Shown: positions 9,945 through 19,974, counted from the first letter of the stretch. The stretch is DNA of 64,000 bases from Terriglobia bacterium (GCA_963819125.1 CAWFUQ010000009.1:13813-77812); one strand, 5' to 3'. Notes: generated by a model from the sequence alone, not told the origin. Translations and numbers: made by a program.

Positions 9945-11660
9945 CTAGCGCCGTGAGCGGATGCTGAACGCGAGCCTCCACCGGCGCCCATCGCGCGCCT
10001 GAAACCACAACTCCAACATTCCTGTTTCTGTAACCAGACTCTCGAGCGTTACCACGACCAGGTCCCCCGGCTGCCCTTCCAGCGTGATCTCGACCGGGGA
10101 TATCTCTTCAATCGCCGGCGGGATCTCCTGCAGCATCTCGCCGGCCGCGTCTGTCTTGCGCGCAGTGGAGTGAAAGAATCGAAATTGAGCGCGTTCCCCG
10201 ATGCGTAAGGAGAATTGGCGGTTGGCGATCCGGCGCTCGGCGCCTTCCTCCATTCCGAACGGCACCACCGTCAGCAATTTGAGCGGCGGAGCCATTCCTG
10301 GAACAGCTGGCATGGAAGTTTCGACGCCAATGTAATAACTGCGCGGAACGCCGCCGCGGACACGCACACCTTTGCCTTGGCGCGCCAAACCGTAGTACGC
10401 CGCGCCGCGCGCGACCGCGTGCATCAGATCGTCGGCGGCCAGCGGCGTCACTGGCCGCGGAAGCCAATGGCTCAAGACCTCTAGAATCCGTTCGCGAACC
10501 GGCGCCGCGCGAAGCACGCCTCCATTGAACAGGACATGGGTCGGCGACGCCTGGTGGCGATGCAGAAAATGAGCCAGATGGCGCGTAATCGCCGGATCGG
10601 CAGCATAAGGTAGCCCGATCTCGGCGAGACCTCCCTGCCCTGATTGCGGCTCGTCTTCGAACGGCACGATGGGAAGAAATCCGTCCAGCAGGATGCGATT
10701 CAAATCGTCGCGCTGCAGTTTAGTCTTCATCGTTCCGCCGACCAGCCCTGTTCCGCGACCGAGAACCGTAATCGCGTGGGACCCGGCGGTCGATCCTTCG
10801 GCGAGAAGTGCTTCCTTGGCGGCGCGAGTCTGCTGCAGAAGGGCGTGGAATTGCATCGAACTCATACGCTGGTTCAACGTTTGCGACACGGCGTGAGCCA
10901 GCGCAGCATCGATGTTGTCTCCGCCCAAGAGAATGTGATCGCCGACCGCGATTCGCTCCAGCGCGATCTCACCGGCTTGCTCCTTCACCGCAATCAGACT
11001 GAAGTCGGTCGTGCCCCCGCCGATATCGATCACCAGAATCAGATCGCCGACGTTAACCAGCTCGCGCCAGTCCGGATGCCGTTCGATCCAGTTGTAGAAA
11101 GCGGCTTGCGGCTCTTCGAGCAGAATGACATCGCGGTAGCCGGCGGCCTCTGCGGCTTTGACGGTCAACTCGCGCGCCACTTCGTCAAACGAAGCGGGCA
11201 CCGTCACCAGTACGCGATGCGCATCGAAAGGCTGTTCCGGATGCTTGGCATTCCAAGCCTCGCGAAGATGATTCAAATAGAGGCGCGACGCTTCGACCGG
11301 AGAGACGCGCGGCACTCCTTCGGGCGCATCCGGAGGCAGGATCGCGGCGTTGCGATCGACTTCCGCATACGACAACCAGGATTTGGCGGACGACACCAAA
11401 CGGCTCGCATTATCGAGTCCCTTCCGCTGCGCCAGAACTCCCACGATCGGCCCATCTTCTTCGAGGAACAGAAACGACGGCAGCAATGGCTCCTCACGAA
11501 TTTCGCCAGGCTGCACCAACTGCGGAATCGGGAACACCTCCACCGCGTCGCCGTTCGTAAAAGCCAGTGCGGAGTTGGTGGTTCCCAGGTCGATGCCGAT
11601 CACCGGCTTGACTGTCGTGGCTTCGTGTGGAACTTCATGGTCGCTTCTGGCTTTGCGCAC
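9945..11660 (-). CDS. Hsp70-family protein (non-canonical, no lid)
   Basis: GIDLGTTNSALAF, EEPQAAFYNW, IDIGGGTTDFSLI, GGDNIDAAL and LFNGGVLRAAPV are the actin/Hsp70 ATPase motifs. The beta-rich C-terminus is short. Confidence 0.85.
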   Translation of the reverse strand: MRKARSDHEVPHEATTVKPVIGIDLGTTNSALAFTNGDAVEVFPIPQLVQPGEIREEPLLPSFLFLEEDGPIVGVLAQRKGLDNASRLVSSAKSWLSYAEVDRNAAILPPDAPEGVPRVSPVEASRLYLNHLREAWNAKHPEQPFDAHRVLVTVPASFDEVARELTVKAAEAAGYRDVILLEEPQAAFYNWIERHPDWRELVNVGDLILVIDIGGGTTDFSLIAVKEQAGEIALERIAVGDHILLGGDNIDAALAHAVSQTLNQRMSSMQFHALLQQTRAAKEALLAEGSTAGSHAITVLGRGTGLVGGTMKTKLQRDDLNRILLDGFLPIVPFEDEPQSGQGGLAEIGLPYAADPAITRHLAHFLHRHQASPTHVLFNGGVLRAAPVRERILEVLSHWLPRPVTPLAADDLMHAVARGAAYYGLARQGKGVRVRGGVPRSYYIGVETSMPAVPGMAPPLKLLTVVPFGMEEGAERRIANRQFSLRIGERAQFRFFHSTARKTDAAGEMLQEIPPAIEEISPVEITLEGQPGDLVVVTLESLVTETGMLELWFQARDGRRWRLAFSIRSRR

Positions 11661-11679
11661 GCTTCAAGTTTAGTCTCGA

Positions 11680-11976
11680 TCACGCGTGCCCCGCCCCGAT
11701 GGGCCGCGCACCTTTCTGCTGGCTCACCGAGTCGCCGTCGCCGCTTCTCAAGGTGCTGAACACGATGGTCGACAAGATCGTCATTCCGCCCAACACGAAA
11801 AATCCCCGATGGATTCCTTCGATCATCTGCGGAGCGTTCGAATGAAAACACTCGGGCAGAAAGGTCGCGGTGACCAGCGATGCCGCCGCGATGCCGAAGC
11901 TGATCGACATCTGTTGCAGCGTGCTCGCGATCGAACTGGCGCTACTGGCTTGTCTTGCCCTTGCTGACGCGGGCAA
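11680..11976 (-). pseudogene. C-terminal fragment of an MFS-type transporter
   Basis: SSIASTLQQMSISFGIAAASLV ... GFFVLGGMTILSTIVF look like the last MFS helices. No upstream continuation is visible in any frame. Confidence 0.45.
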
Positions 11977-12033
11977 TTATTGAATACGTTAGCGAGATTC
12001 GACATGATCCGGGAAAGCGCGGACGGATGGTGT

Positions 12034-12191
12034 ATGAAGCATGAACAAGCACTCAGCTTACTCATGTTAATGCCGGGATGCGCGCTGATCGCGGCGCTGG
12101 TTTTCGTTCCCGCGATCTTACGTCCAACCATCTTAGCGTGGAGCGATTTTCGCCTCGTTGTTGCCGGTGTCTGGCCGTTTTCTACGACGCC
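12034..12191 (+). pseudogene. possible N-terminal fragment of an ABC-transporter permease, cut by IS21
   Basis: MKHEQALSLLMLMPGCALIAALVFVPAILRPTILAWSDF resembles a sugar-ABC permease N-terminus. The reading frame runs straight into the IS21 left end at 12192. Confidence 0.3.
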
Positions 12192-12218
12192 TGTCAAGGG
12201 CGGAGTAAAAATAGACCA
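12192..12218. repeat. IS21 left terminal inverted repeat
   Basis: TGTCAAGGGCGGAGTAAAAATAGACCA aligns with the reverse complement of the right end, TGTATAAGCGCCGGAGCGAAAATAGACCA. Confidence 0.6.
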
Positions 12219-12382
12219 CGGGGGCGGAGAGAAACTAGACCATTCCCTAGGCAGTTAGGGTCTTCTTTCCAAGGATTTGCGGGGACGGCTGCAGCGTAGG
12301 CCTGCGACCCGCCTTGCGGGGCGCGTTTAGGCCGGAGCGGAAGGCGGCCCTGCAAATCGCCGCCGTTTCCCCCGTCGGGTGA

Positions 12383-13147
12383 TTACGAGCGCGACTTCGC
12401 CGGACGCCGCTGTTTGCTGTCTTTCAACCGGTAACTCTCGCCATTCATTTCCAAAATATGAACGTGGTGCGTCAGCCGGTCCAGCAACGCCCCCGTCAGC
12501 CGTTCCGATCCGAAGGCCTCGGTCCATTCGTTGAACGGCAGGTTGCTGGTGACCAGCGTCGCACTGCGTTCGTAGCGGCGGCTGAACACCTCGAATAACA
12601 GTTCAGCTCCGGTCTTGGACAGCGGCACGAACCCCAACTCATCGATGATCAGCAACTCAAAACTCGATAGCATTTTCTGGAAGCGCATCAGCCGACGCTC
12701 GTCCTTGGCTTCGATCAGCTCGTGCGCCAGCGACGCCGCGGTGGTGAACCGCACCCGAAATCCTTTCTGACAAGCCGCCAGTCCTAGCGCCAACGCGAGG
12801 TGCGTTTTCCCTGTGCCCGAGTTTCCCAGTGCCAGAACATTTTCCTTCCGTTCGATGAACTCGCACCGAGCCAACTCCAACACCAGCGCCTTATTTAAGG
12901 ATGGGATCGCCGCGAACTCAAAACTATCCAGGCTCTTGATCACGTCGAACTTCGCCTGGCGAATGCGCCGCTCCGTTGCGCGGCGTTCGCGATCGAGCAG
13001 TTCCAGCTCAGTCAATCGCAGCAGGTAGCGCGGGAAGTCGACACCTTCGGCGGCGCATTGCTGCGCGACTTTATCGTACTCACGCAGAAACGTTGGTAGC
13101 CGCAACGTTTTCAGATGATGATCCAGCAGGACCTGCGGCGTGTCCAT
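12383..13147 (-). CDS. istB: IS21 helper ATPase IstB
   Basis: 254 aa with Walker A GNSGTGKTHLALALG and Walker B LLIIDELG. It follows istA with a 1-nt gap. Confidence 0.9.
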   Translation of the reverse strand: MDTPQVLLDHHLKTLRLPTFLREYDKVAQQCAAEGVDFPRYLLRLTELELLDRERRATERRIRQAKFDVIKSLDSFEFAAIPSLNKALVLELARCEFIERKENVLALGNSGTGKTHLALALGLAACQKGFRVRFTTAASLAHELIEAKDERRLMRFQKMLSSFELLIIDELGFVPLSKTGAELLFEVFSRRYERSATLVTSNLPFNEWTEAFGSERLTGALLDRLTHHVHILEMNGESYRLKDSKQRRPAKSRS

Positions 13148-13148
13148 A

Positions 13149-14666
13149 TTAATAGGTCCCGCCGCGGAGAAGCGTCAGGTAATCCGCCGCCGCGGTGGTG
13201 GCCACTTGCGCCGCGGGCAAGTGCGGATAGTTTTCCAGATCCAATCGCGCCGGCCGCTGCTCGACGCGGCACAGCAATAGATGCTTAACCGCATCGAAGG
13301 AAATCGCGCCGAGCCGCAATGCATCGTCGATCGCGTGTCCTACTTGCTGCAACGGAAAGTTTTCGATCAATCGCAGCGTTTGCACAAACTCGCGCTTGCC
13401 TTTCTTTCCCAGCCGCGCTTCCATCAAACGCTGCAGTTGCGGGAAGCCTTCCGGCAAAATCCAACCAGCCAGCGGCGCGGCCTGATCCAGAGCATTCGGC
13501 TTCTGCTCCAGCAGCGCCAGATAATGCAGCGGATCGAAGATCATGTCTTCGCGCTCATAACTCCTCCGATGGCGCGCGATCACTTCACTCGCCGCGCAGA
13601 TCACCACTTCATGCACGAAGCCTTTCACCAGCACTTCGCGATGTCCCCATTCCACCGGCACCGAATAATCATTGGTGCGATAGCGTACCAGCGACATCGA
13701 AGTCACCCGCGTCAATCGCTTGTCGCACGCTTCGTACGGCGCGGCTGGCAACGGCAGCAGGCGCTCGCGGTCTTTCTCGAATCGCTCCGCGATCGTTTGC
13801 TGGTGACCGCGCAGTTTGCGCTCGCGCCGCTTCTGGCACTGGATCAGAAGATGCGCGTTGAACTTGTCCCAGTCGGCGAATCGCGGAATCGGCACCATGA
13901 AGTTGCGTCGCGCGTGGCCCACCAGCCCTTCCACTTTCCCTTTGTCGTTGCCTTTGCCGGGACGTCCGAACTTTTCGGCGAACAGATAATGGCTCTGCAG
14001 TTCCGTGAACGCTCGCGTCTTCACGCGCGTACCGTCGCCCAGGATCCGCGCCACTGCGATTTTGGTGTTGTCGTACAGAATCGTGCGCGGCACGCCCCCG
14101 AAATAAGCGAACGCGTGGTTGTGACCTTCTAAGAATGCTTCCGTCGTCTCGGCCGGAAACGCCATCACGAAGCAATCATCGGACTGCGGCAGATCCATCG
14201 CCAGGTAGTGCGCCTTCGACTTCACTCCGCCGATCACCACCAGCGCTTCGCCGAAGTCTGCCTGCGCGTCGCCAGGCGGATGCGCGAGTGGCACGAACAT
14301 CTCGCGCTGACTCAGTTTTTTGAGCCGCACGTAATCCTTCACGATCGTGTAGCCGCCGGTATAGCTGTGCTCATCGCGCAGCCGTTCGAAGATGCGCTTG
14401 GCGGTGTGGCGCTGCTTCTTGGGCTCGGACTTGTCCTGTTCCAGGATCTGATCGATGGCGCCGACCCAGGCGTCCAGTTTCGGGCGGCGCGCCGGCTGTT
14501 GCCGCCGATAGCCCGGCGGCACCGCATAGCGCAGCATCTTCCGCACCGTCTCGCGAGCCAGCCCGAACTGCCGAGCCGCCTCGCGTTCACTCATCTTGTC
14601 GACGACGACCGCTCGCCGAACGCGCGCATACAGCTCCACTGTGTACACCTCTTGGGTGTTCCACAA
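13149..14666 (-). CDS. istA: IS21 transposase IstA
   Basis: 505 aa with an N-terminal HTH (SEREAARQFGLARETVRKMLRY) and a DDE-type core typical of IstA. Confidence 0.9.
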   Translation of the reverse strand: MWNTQEVYTVELYARVRRAVVVDKMSEREAARQFGLARETVRKMLRYAVPPGYRRQQPARRPKLDAWVGAIDQILEQDKSEPKKQRHTAKRIFERLRDEHSYTGGYTIVKDYVRLKKLSQREMFVPLAHPPGDAQADFGEALVVIGGVKSKAHYLAMDLPQSDDCFVMAFPAETTEAFLEGHNHAFAYFGGVPRTILYDNTKIAVARILGDGTRVKTRAFTELQSHYLFAEKFGRPGKGNDKGKVEGLVGHARRNFMVPIPRFADWDKFNAHLLIQCQKRRERKLRGHQQTIAERFEKDRERLLPLPAAPYEACDKRLTRVTSMSLVRYRTNDYSVPVEWGHREVLVKGFVHEVVICAASEVIARHRRSYEREDMIFDPLHYLALLEQKPNALDQAAPLAGWILPEGFPQLQRLMEARLGKKGKREFVQTLRLIENFPLQQVGHAIDDALRLGAISFDAVKHLLLCRVEQRPARLDLENYPHLPAAQVATTAAADYLTLLRGGTY

Positions 14667-14754
14667 AACATAAGCCTATGGGAATGTTTGATGGAACCAG
14701 TCTTCCGGCGGTCTAATTTTGCTCCGCCGAAAACGCCGCTCACGCGGCGTTTAC

Positions 14755-14783
14755 TGGTCTATTTTCGCTCCGGCGCTTATACA
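14755..14783. repeat. IS21 right terminal inverted repeat
   Basis: TGGTCTATTTTCGCTCCGGCGCTTATACA is the inverted partner of 12192..12218. Confidence 0.6.
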
Positions 14784-15197
14784 AAGCCATTGATTGCAAC
14801 AAATGCTCGTGTATACCCTCATGTAGTGCATCATGTGGGTTTCGGCACATCTGGTGCACCCTTCCCAAGAACATCCTATATAGCTTAACTATAAGAATCC
14901 GCTGGAGATGATGCCGAGGCCGCTCGGTGACGCAGATGATAGCGATTATGATATATGGATTGGCTGTGTTGAACGTGATGGCGCAAAACTGTGGGCGCGA
15001 GACTCGGTGCTACTCGCAGACCGCCCCCGCCTCTGACGACGCAGAGACTCACGTCGAGGCGACCGTTCTCGGGTGTGCCGGCATCGCCTTGGAGGGCGGC
15101 TGCTTCGCCGGCCGATCGGGAACGCCAATCATGTCGAACTCCGGTGGTTGCATTCGCACCCGATGACAAAAAATTTCTGACGAGATTACTTCCGCGA

Positions 15198-18092
15198 ATG
15201 CGGATTGATGCGCGTCTGTCCGAAATCGAGGCAGTTGCAGTGTACAATCGGGGAACCAGTTTCGTGTGGGGTACCCGGGCGTTGAAGACATTCGCATTTT
15301 CGATCTTTATTGCGCTTCCGCTAATGGCCGTTGCCCAATCTGGATGGATGGCGGACCGGCTGGCGGAAGGCGAGCGGGCGAACTCGGAAAGCAGGTGGGA
15401 CGCTGCCATGGCCGCCTACCAGGAGGTCCGCGCCGCGGCGATTGAGGCACGAGATACACGCTCGGAGGCCGCCGCGCTGGCCGGCATGGCAGGCGCGGAG
15501 TATGGGCTCTCGCATTACGAGATCGCGGAGAATCTGGCAAATCAAAGCCTTCGGATCGCGGAGCGGATGGGCAACCGCCTTGGAATCGCCGCGGCGCTCA
15601 TCCAGATCGCTAATGTCCAATACCGCCGAGGTCAATTCAAAGAAGACAAGAGCACCCTGGAACGAGTCCTCGCAATCCAGGAGGAACTGGGCGACCGCGC
15701 CAAAATCGCGGGGGTACTCAACAACCTCGGAAACGCAACACGCCAATTGGGTGACAAGCTACTGGCGATCGAATACCTCTCGCGCGCGGAGCATGAGTTC
15801 GCGATTCTGGGTAATGATCGAGCCCACGCAGTCGTTCTGAACAATATCGGCATTGGCTATGGCGAACTGGGCGACTACCAGCGCGGACTGGAGTTCAGCC
15901 GCAGGAGTCTCGCGCTGGCGGAGACGCTGAAAGACGACTCGCGCGCGGGCAACGCGCTGAACAACATCGCCGTGATCGAGACCTATCGCGGAAACTACCG
16001 CGAGTCTTTGCGCCTTTATGAGAAAGCTCTCGAGGCCGACCAGCGTGCCGGATCTCCGTGGGCCATGGTGGAGGTATCTAATAACATCGGCCTGGTCTAT
16101 CGCGCTCAGCAGAATCACGACCAAGCCATCGCTTATTTCAAGAAAACGATTGAAATGAACCGCACCGTTGGCGACAAAAGCTTGGATGCGGACGCCTATC
16201 GGAACCTGGGCGACGAAATGATCTCGCTCAACCGGTTCGACGAAGCCCGGGTGCACCTTCACGAAAGCCTTACCCTGGCACAGCAGATCTCGTACCGCTC
16301 GGGGGAGGCCCAGGCTCGTCTGGGCTCAGGGAGCCTCTTATTGCGGCTGAAGCGCCTTACCGAAGCCGGGGAGGAGTTGCAGAAGGCGGCGGCCATTCAA
16401 CGCGAGATCTCGGATTCGGGTAGTCTGGCGCAGACCCAAACCCAGTTGTCGCGCCTGCGATTGAAACAGGGCCGGAGCGAGGAAGCGCTGTCCGAGGCGC
16501 GCCAAGCGATGGAGCTACTGGCTTCGATCGACCGGCCGGAGACTCTGTGGCAGTCGCAGCTCGCCGCCGGACGCGCTCTTGCCAAACTCGGGCACGGCGA
16601 CGAAGCGGCCAGGGAATTCGGGGCATCGATCGCTACCATCGAGTCACTGCGGACGCGGATCGCGGGACCGCCGACCGCCCTTCCGGTCTATTTCGTCGAC
16701 AAGCTGGAGCCTTACCAGGAACGGGTCGCGCTCGCTCTGGCCAACCGACAGACCGATGCCGCGCTGGGTTTCACTGAGCAATCCAAGGCCCGGGCACTCG
16801 GCGATATTCTGCGCTCCGGCCGCGCCAACCTGGACAAGTCCCTCACGCCCGACGAGCGCGAGACCGAGCGTCGATTACAGAATCGGCTGGCCGGACTGAA
16901 TCTGCAAATTTCCAAACAGTCCGAAGCGCGGTTGATAACCGAACGCGACCGCGCGCGGCGTGAGCTCGACGCCAGGCAGAGCGAACTGTACGCGGCGCAT
17001 CCCGAAATCGCATTCCAGCGTGGAGCCTCTCCGGCCATGAGTGCGGCCCAGATGACGCAGGTCGCCTCCGATGCGGGGGCGGCGATCCTGAATTACTTCG
17101 TCACGCCCGGGAATACATACGTGTTCGTGATCAAGCGCGGGACGCCCGTCCGGCTGGTGCGCCTCGGCATCGGACGGACCGCGCTCAGCGCGAAATCGGC
17201 GGAGTTCCATCGGCAGCTCGCATCGCACGATTTGGGCTATACGGCCTCGGCCCAGGACCTTTATCGCCTGTTGCTGAGGCCAGTGGAGCACGACCTGGCG
17301 GGTCAGCCTCGCGTGGTGATCATTCCGGAAGGGCCGCTGTGGGATGTGGCATTCCAGGCACTTCAGCCCGGGCCGGGTCACTTCTTTATCGAGCAGACTG
17401 CTGTTTCTTATGCACCCTCGATGGCGGTCTTGAAAGAAACAATTCGAATGGCGCAAGATCGCCGGGCAACTCCCGCAGGGCGTGAACTGCTGGCGTTGGG
17501 AAATCCGTCGGGACAGGATCCGCTAGCCGATTCCGAGCGGCAGGTGCGCGAGATCGAGAAGCTATACGGTTCACGGAACAGCCGCATTCTCATCGGGGAG
17601 GCGGCCACCCAAGGACGGCTGAAAGATGAAGCTGCGAACTATCGTGTGCTTCATCTGGCAGCGCACGCGGTCCTCGATGACTTGAATCCGATGTATTCGC
17701 AAGTGCTGCTGGCTCGGTCTGGGGGGGACGCGGGTACGCTCGAAGCACGCGAGCTGATGCAATTTCAATTGAATGCAGAAGTGCTGGTACTATCGGCCTG
17801 TGAAACTGCGCGCGGCCGCGCGCCGGCCGGTGAAGGGATCAATGGAATGCTGTGGGCCGCCTTTGTCGCGGGAGCGCCCACCACCGTCGCCAGTCTGTGG
17901 CGGGTCGAATCGGTGAGCACCACGGAGCTGATGATCGGCTTCCACCGCAACTGGTTGGCTAGGCGGCCGGCCTCAGCCTCCTTCGCCAAAGCGACGGCGT
18001 TACAGCAGGCCGCACTTTCCCTCATTTCAAGCGCGAAATACTCGCACCCGTTCTACTGGGCCGGGTTCATCCTCGTCGGCAGCCCCAATTAA
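15198..18092 (+). CDS. TPR-repeat plus CHAT-domain (caspase-like) protein
   Basis: The start is uncertain (ORF opens at 14991; ATG at 15198; hydrophobic FAFSIFIALPLMAVAQ). There are many TPR units and a C-terminal CHAT domain with His (LHLAAHAVLD) and Cys (LVLSACETARG). Confidence 0.85.
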   Translation: MRIDARLSEIEAVAVYNRGTSFVWGTRALKTFAFSIFIALPLMAVAQSGWMADRLAEGERANSESRWDAAMAAYQEVRAAAIEARDTRSEAAALAGMAGAEYGLSHYEIAENLANQSLRIAERMGNRLGIAAALIQIANVQYRRGQFKEDKSTLERVLAIQEELGDRAKIAGVLNNLGNATRQLGDKLLAIEYLSRAEHEFAILGNDRAHAVVLNNIGIGYGELGDYQRGLEFSRRSLALAETLKDDSRAGNALNNIAVIETYRGNYRESLRLYEKALEADQRAGSPWAMVEVSNNIGLVYRAQQNHDQAIAYFKKTIEMNRTVGDKSLDADAYRNLGDEMISLNRFDEARVHLHESLTLAQQISYRSGEAQARLGSGSLLLRLKRLTEAGEELQKAAAIQREISDSGSLAQTQTQLSRLRLKQGRSEEALSEARQAMELLASIDRPETLWQSQLAAGRALAKLGHGDEAAREFGASIATIESLRTRIAGPPTALPVYFVDKLEPYQERVALALANRQTDAALGFTEQSKARALGDILRSGRANLDKSLTPDERETERRLQNRLAGLNLQISKQSEARLITERDRARRELDARQSELYAAHPEIAFQRGASPAMSAAQMTQVASDAGAAILNYFVTPGNTYVFVIKRGTPVRLVRLGIGRTALSAKSAEFHRQLASHDLGYTASAQDLYRLLLRPVEHDLAGQPRVVIIPEGPLWDVAFQALQPGPGHFFIEQTAVSYAPSMAVLKETIRMAQDRRATPAGRELLALGNPSGQDPLADSERQVREIEKLYGSRNSRILIGEAATQGRLKDEAANYRVLHLAAHAVLDDLNPMYSQVLLARSGGDAGTLEARELMQFQLNAEVLVLSACETARGRAPAGEGINGMLWAAFVAGAPTTVASLWRVESVSTTELMIGFHRNWLARRPASASFAKATALQQAALSLISSAKYSHPFYWAGFILVGSPN

Positions 18093-18095
18093 CGA

Positions 18096-19064
18096 ATGGA
18101 CCAGCGCCTCGACGCTTATCTCCATGCCGCGGATTCGACCGAGCAGCAGGAGCGCCTGGGCGAGTTGATGACAGCCTGCGCAGACCCTGTGATCCGGCGT
18201 ACGGTTCACTCGCGATTATCCGGGCGCTGGGACGATATCGAGGACGTTTGCTCCGAAGCGCGCCTGGAATTGCTGCTGTACTTGCGGCGCATGAAAGCCA
18301 AACCCGGCGCGGTTCCCATCGACGATTTCGGAGCTTACGTCGGCACGCTGGCCGCGAACACCTGCCACCACTATTTCCGGCGAAGGCGTTCCGGCTGGGC
18401 GCGCCTGAAGTCGCAGATTCGATTTCTACTGCAGGATTCCGAATTTCGAAGCTGGGAGAAACTCGGAACCATCTGGTGCGGACTGGCGTCGTGGCGGGAG
18501 GACCATCCTGTCGCGTCGCCGGAAATCCTTGGCGGGATTGTGAACCGGTTGGAGGGCAATCGTAATCTTGCTGCGCTACTGGAACAGATCTTCGAGGCCG
18601 CAGACGGCCCAATTCCTTTTGACGCGCTGACGGATCTGGTGGCGCGCATGTGGCGGATTGCGCCGGATTCTGAGGGCGCCTCGGTCGCGGTTGATGCAGA
18701 GTCCATTCCCGCTGCCGCATATCATGCCGAGCTCTCGATCGACCGCCGACGTTATACCGCACGCCTGTGGCAGGAAATTCACGAATTGCCGCGTCCTCAG
18801 CGGATCGCTCTGCTGCTCAATCTGCGGGATGGCCGCGGCAGCTCGATTCTTTCTCTTTTCCAACTGGCCGGCGTGGCCTCATTCCCCGAAACCGCGAGGG
18901 CACTGGAGATCGGCGACGCAGAGCTTGCGTCGATCTGGGTCGAGCTGCCGTGGGACGACAACACCATCGCCAAATTCCTCGGCGCGACGCGGCAGCAGGT
19001 GATCAATTTAAGGATGGCAGCGCGAAAGAGGTTGGTGAACCGGCTGGGAGATCAACCTGTCTAG
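18096..19064 (+). CDS. ECF-like sigma-70 family factor with long region2-region4 insert
   Basis: It starts 3 nt after the CHAT stop. Region 2-like: DIEDVCSEARLELLLYL...AANTCHHYFRRR. Region 4-like: LPRPQRIALLLNLRD...ATRQQVINLRMAARKRLVNRL. At 322 aa it is much longer than a normal ECF sigma. Confidence 0.7.
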   Translation: MDQRLDAYLHAADSTEQQERLGELMTACADPVIRRTVHSRLSGRWDDIEDVCSEARLELLLYLRRMKAKPGAVPIDDFGAYVGTLAANTCHHYFRRRRSGWARLKSQIRFLLQDSEFRSWEKLGTIWCGLASWREDHPVASPEILGGIVNRLEGNRNLAALLEQIFEAADGPIPFDALTDLVARMWRIAPDSEGASVAVDAESIPAAAYHAELSIDRRRYTARLWQEIHELPRPQRIALLLNLRDGRGSSILSLFQLAGVASFPETARALEIGDAELASIWVELPWDDNTIAKFLGATRQQVINLRMAARKRLVNRLGDQPV

Positions 19065-19122
19065 GTAATATATCTATGTCAAACGACTCAACCTTTTCAA
19101 GGGAGAAACTGCGAGGCGCCGC

Positions 19123-19974
19123 ATGAATCCATCCGACCATCTGCGGCCCGAGACCTTGTTCGGTTACGAGCACCAGTTGCTTTCGCCGGAAGAACTTCGC
19201 GAGGTGCACTATCACATCGCGGAGTGCACGGCCTGTCGGCAAGCACTGGCGCGGCGCATGGACGTGGACGGCATGATCACCGACGTTCGCGCCGCAATGC
19301 CGGCTCCTTCTCAGACCGGCTGGTCCCTAGTGCGCTACGCTGCCGCGGCAGCGATTGTGCTTCTTGCCGCTGGCGCCTTCTGGCTGGCTCACCGCTCCTC
19401 GGAACCTGCGGTGGTTGAGGGGGCGCTGCGCACCGGCCGAATTCTGTTGCCCGCTTTTCTCGATCAGCTTGGGCCCACCAGTCAGGTTCTAATGGGCGGC
19501 GCGGGCGCAAGTGCCGCAACTCTGCTTTCGCCCAAGGCAACCGCGGTGCTTGAACCTGCAGTCGAATTCCAGTGGCAGCCGATCAGTGGCGAATGGACTT
19601 ATCAGGTCCGCGTATTCTCGCTCACCGGTGAGCCCGCGGCATCGAGCCCCGAAATCAGCCAAACCCGGTGGACGGCGAATCTTTCGCGCGGGTCTGATTA
19701 CCAATGGCAGGTGACGGCGACGCGCGGAGCCGAGCGGGTCACTTTGCCGCCTCCCTCGGAAACCGCGCCGCGTTTCCGCGTCCTCGATTCGGCCGCCGCT
19801 GAACGTCTTCGCGACCTGGCGCGCCGTCAGCCCGGCGAGCATCTGCTGCTGGGAGTCGAATATGGCCGCGCCGGCCTGATCGACGACGCCCGGCGCGAGC
19901 TGACCGAAGCTTCGCACCTGGATCCCAAGCGCACGGCGATCCGCGATCTGCTCCAGAGTTTGGCAGCCCGATAA
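19123..19974 (+). CDS. putative anti-sigma factor (zf-HC2-like N-terminus, one TM)
   Basis: HYHIAECTACRQALARR is followed by a TM helix (YAAAAAIVLLAAGAFWLA) and an extracytoplasmic domain. Confidence 0.6.
   Translation: MNPSDHLRPETLFGYEHQLLSPEELREVHYHIAECTACRQALARRMDVDGMITDVRAAMPAPSQTGWSLVRYAAAAAIVLLAAGAFWLAHRSSEPAVVEGALRTGRILLPAFLDQLGPTSQVLMGGAGASAATLLSPKATAVLEPAVEFQWQPISGEWTYQVRVFSLTGEPAASSPEISQTRWTANLSRGSDYQWQVTATRGAERVTLPPPSETAPRFRVLDSAAAERLRDLARRQPGEHLLLGVEYGRAGLIDDARRELTEASHLDPKRTAIRDLLQSLAAR

Larger units (their letters stand above)
12192..14783 (-). mobile_element. complete IS21-family insertion sequence
   Basis: istA and istB lie in tandem. The imperfect terminal inverted repeats start TGT and end ACA. 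A second copy of the GGCGGAG-N-AAA-N-TAGACC motif lies inside each end (12223..12241 and 14710..14728). Confidence 0.85.

Noticed and set aside
10644-11759. 371-aa plus-strand ORF.
   Set aside because: It is antisense to the Hsp70 gene, with low-complexity Arg-rich translation and no motifs.
13281-14132. 283-aa plus-strand ORF inside IS21.
   Set aside because: It is antisense to istA, so it is a shadow ORF.
12181-14792. Target-site duplication flanking IS21.
   Set aside because: The bases outside the inferred ends (acgacgcc / aagccatt) do not match, so I make no TSD claim.
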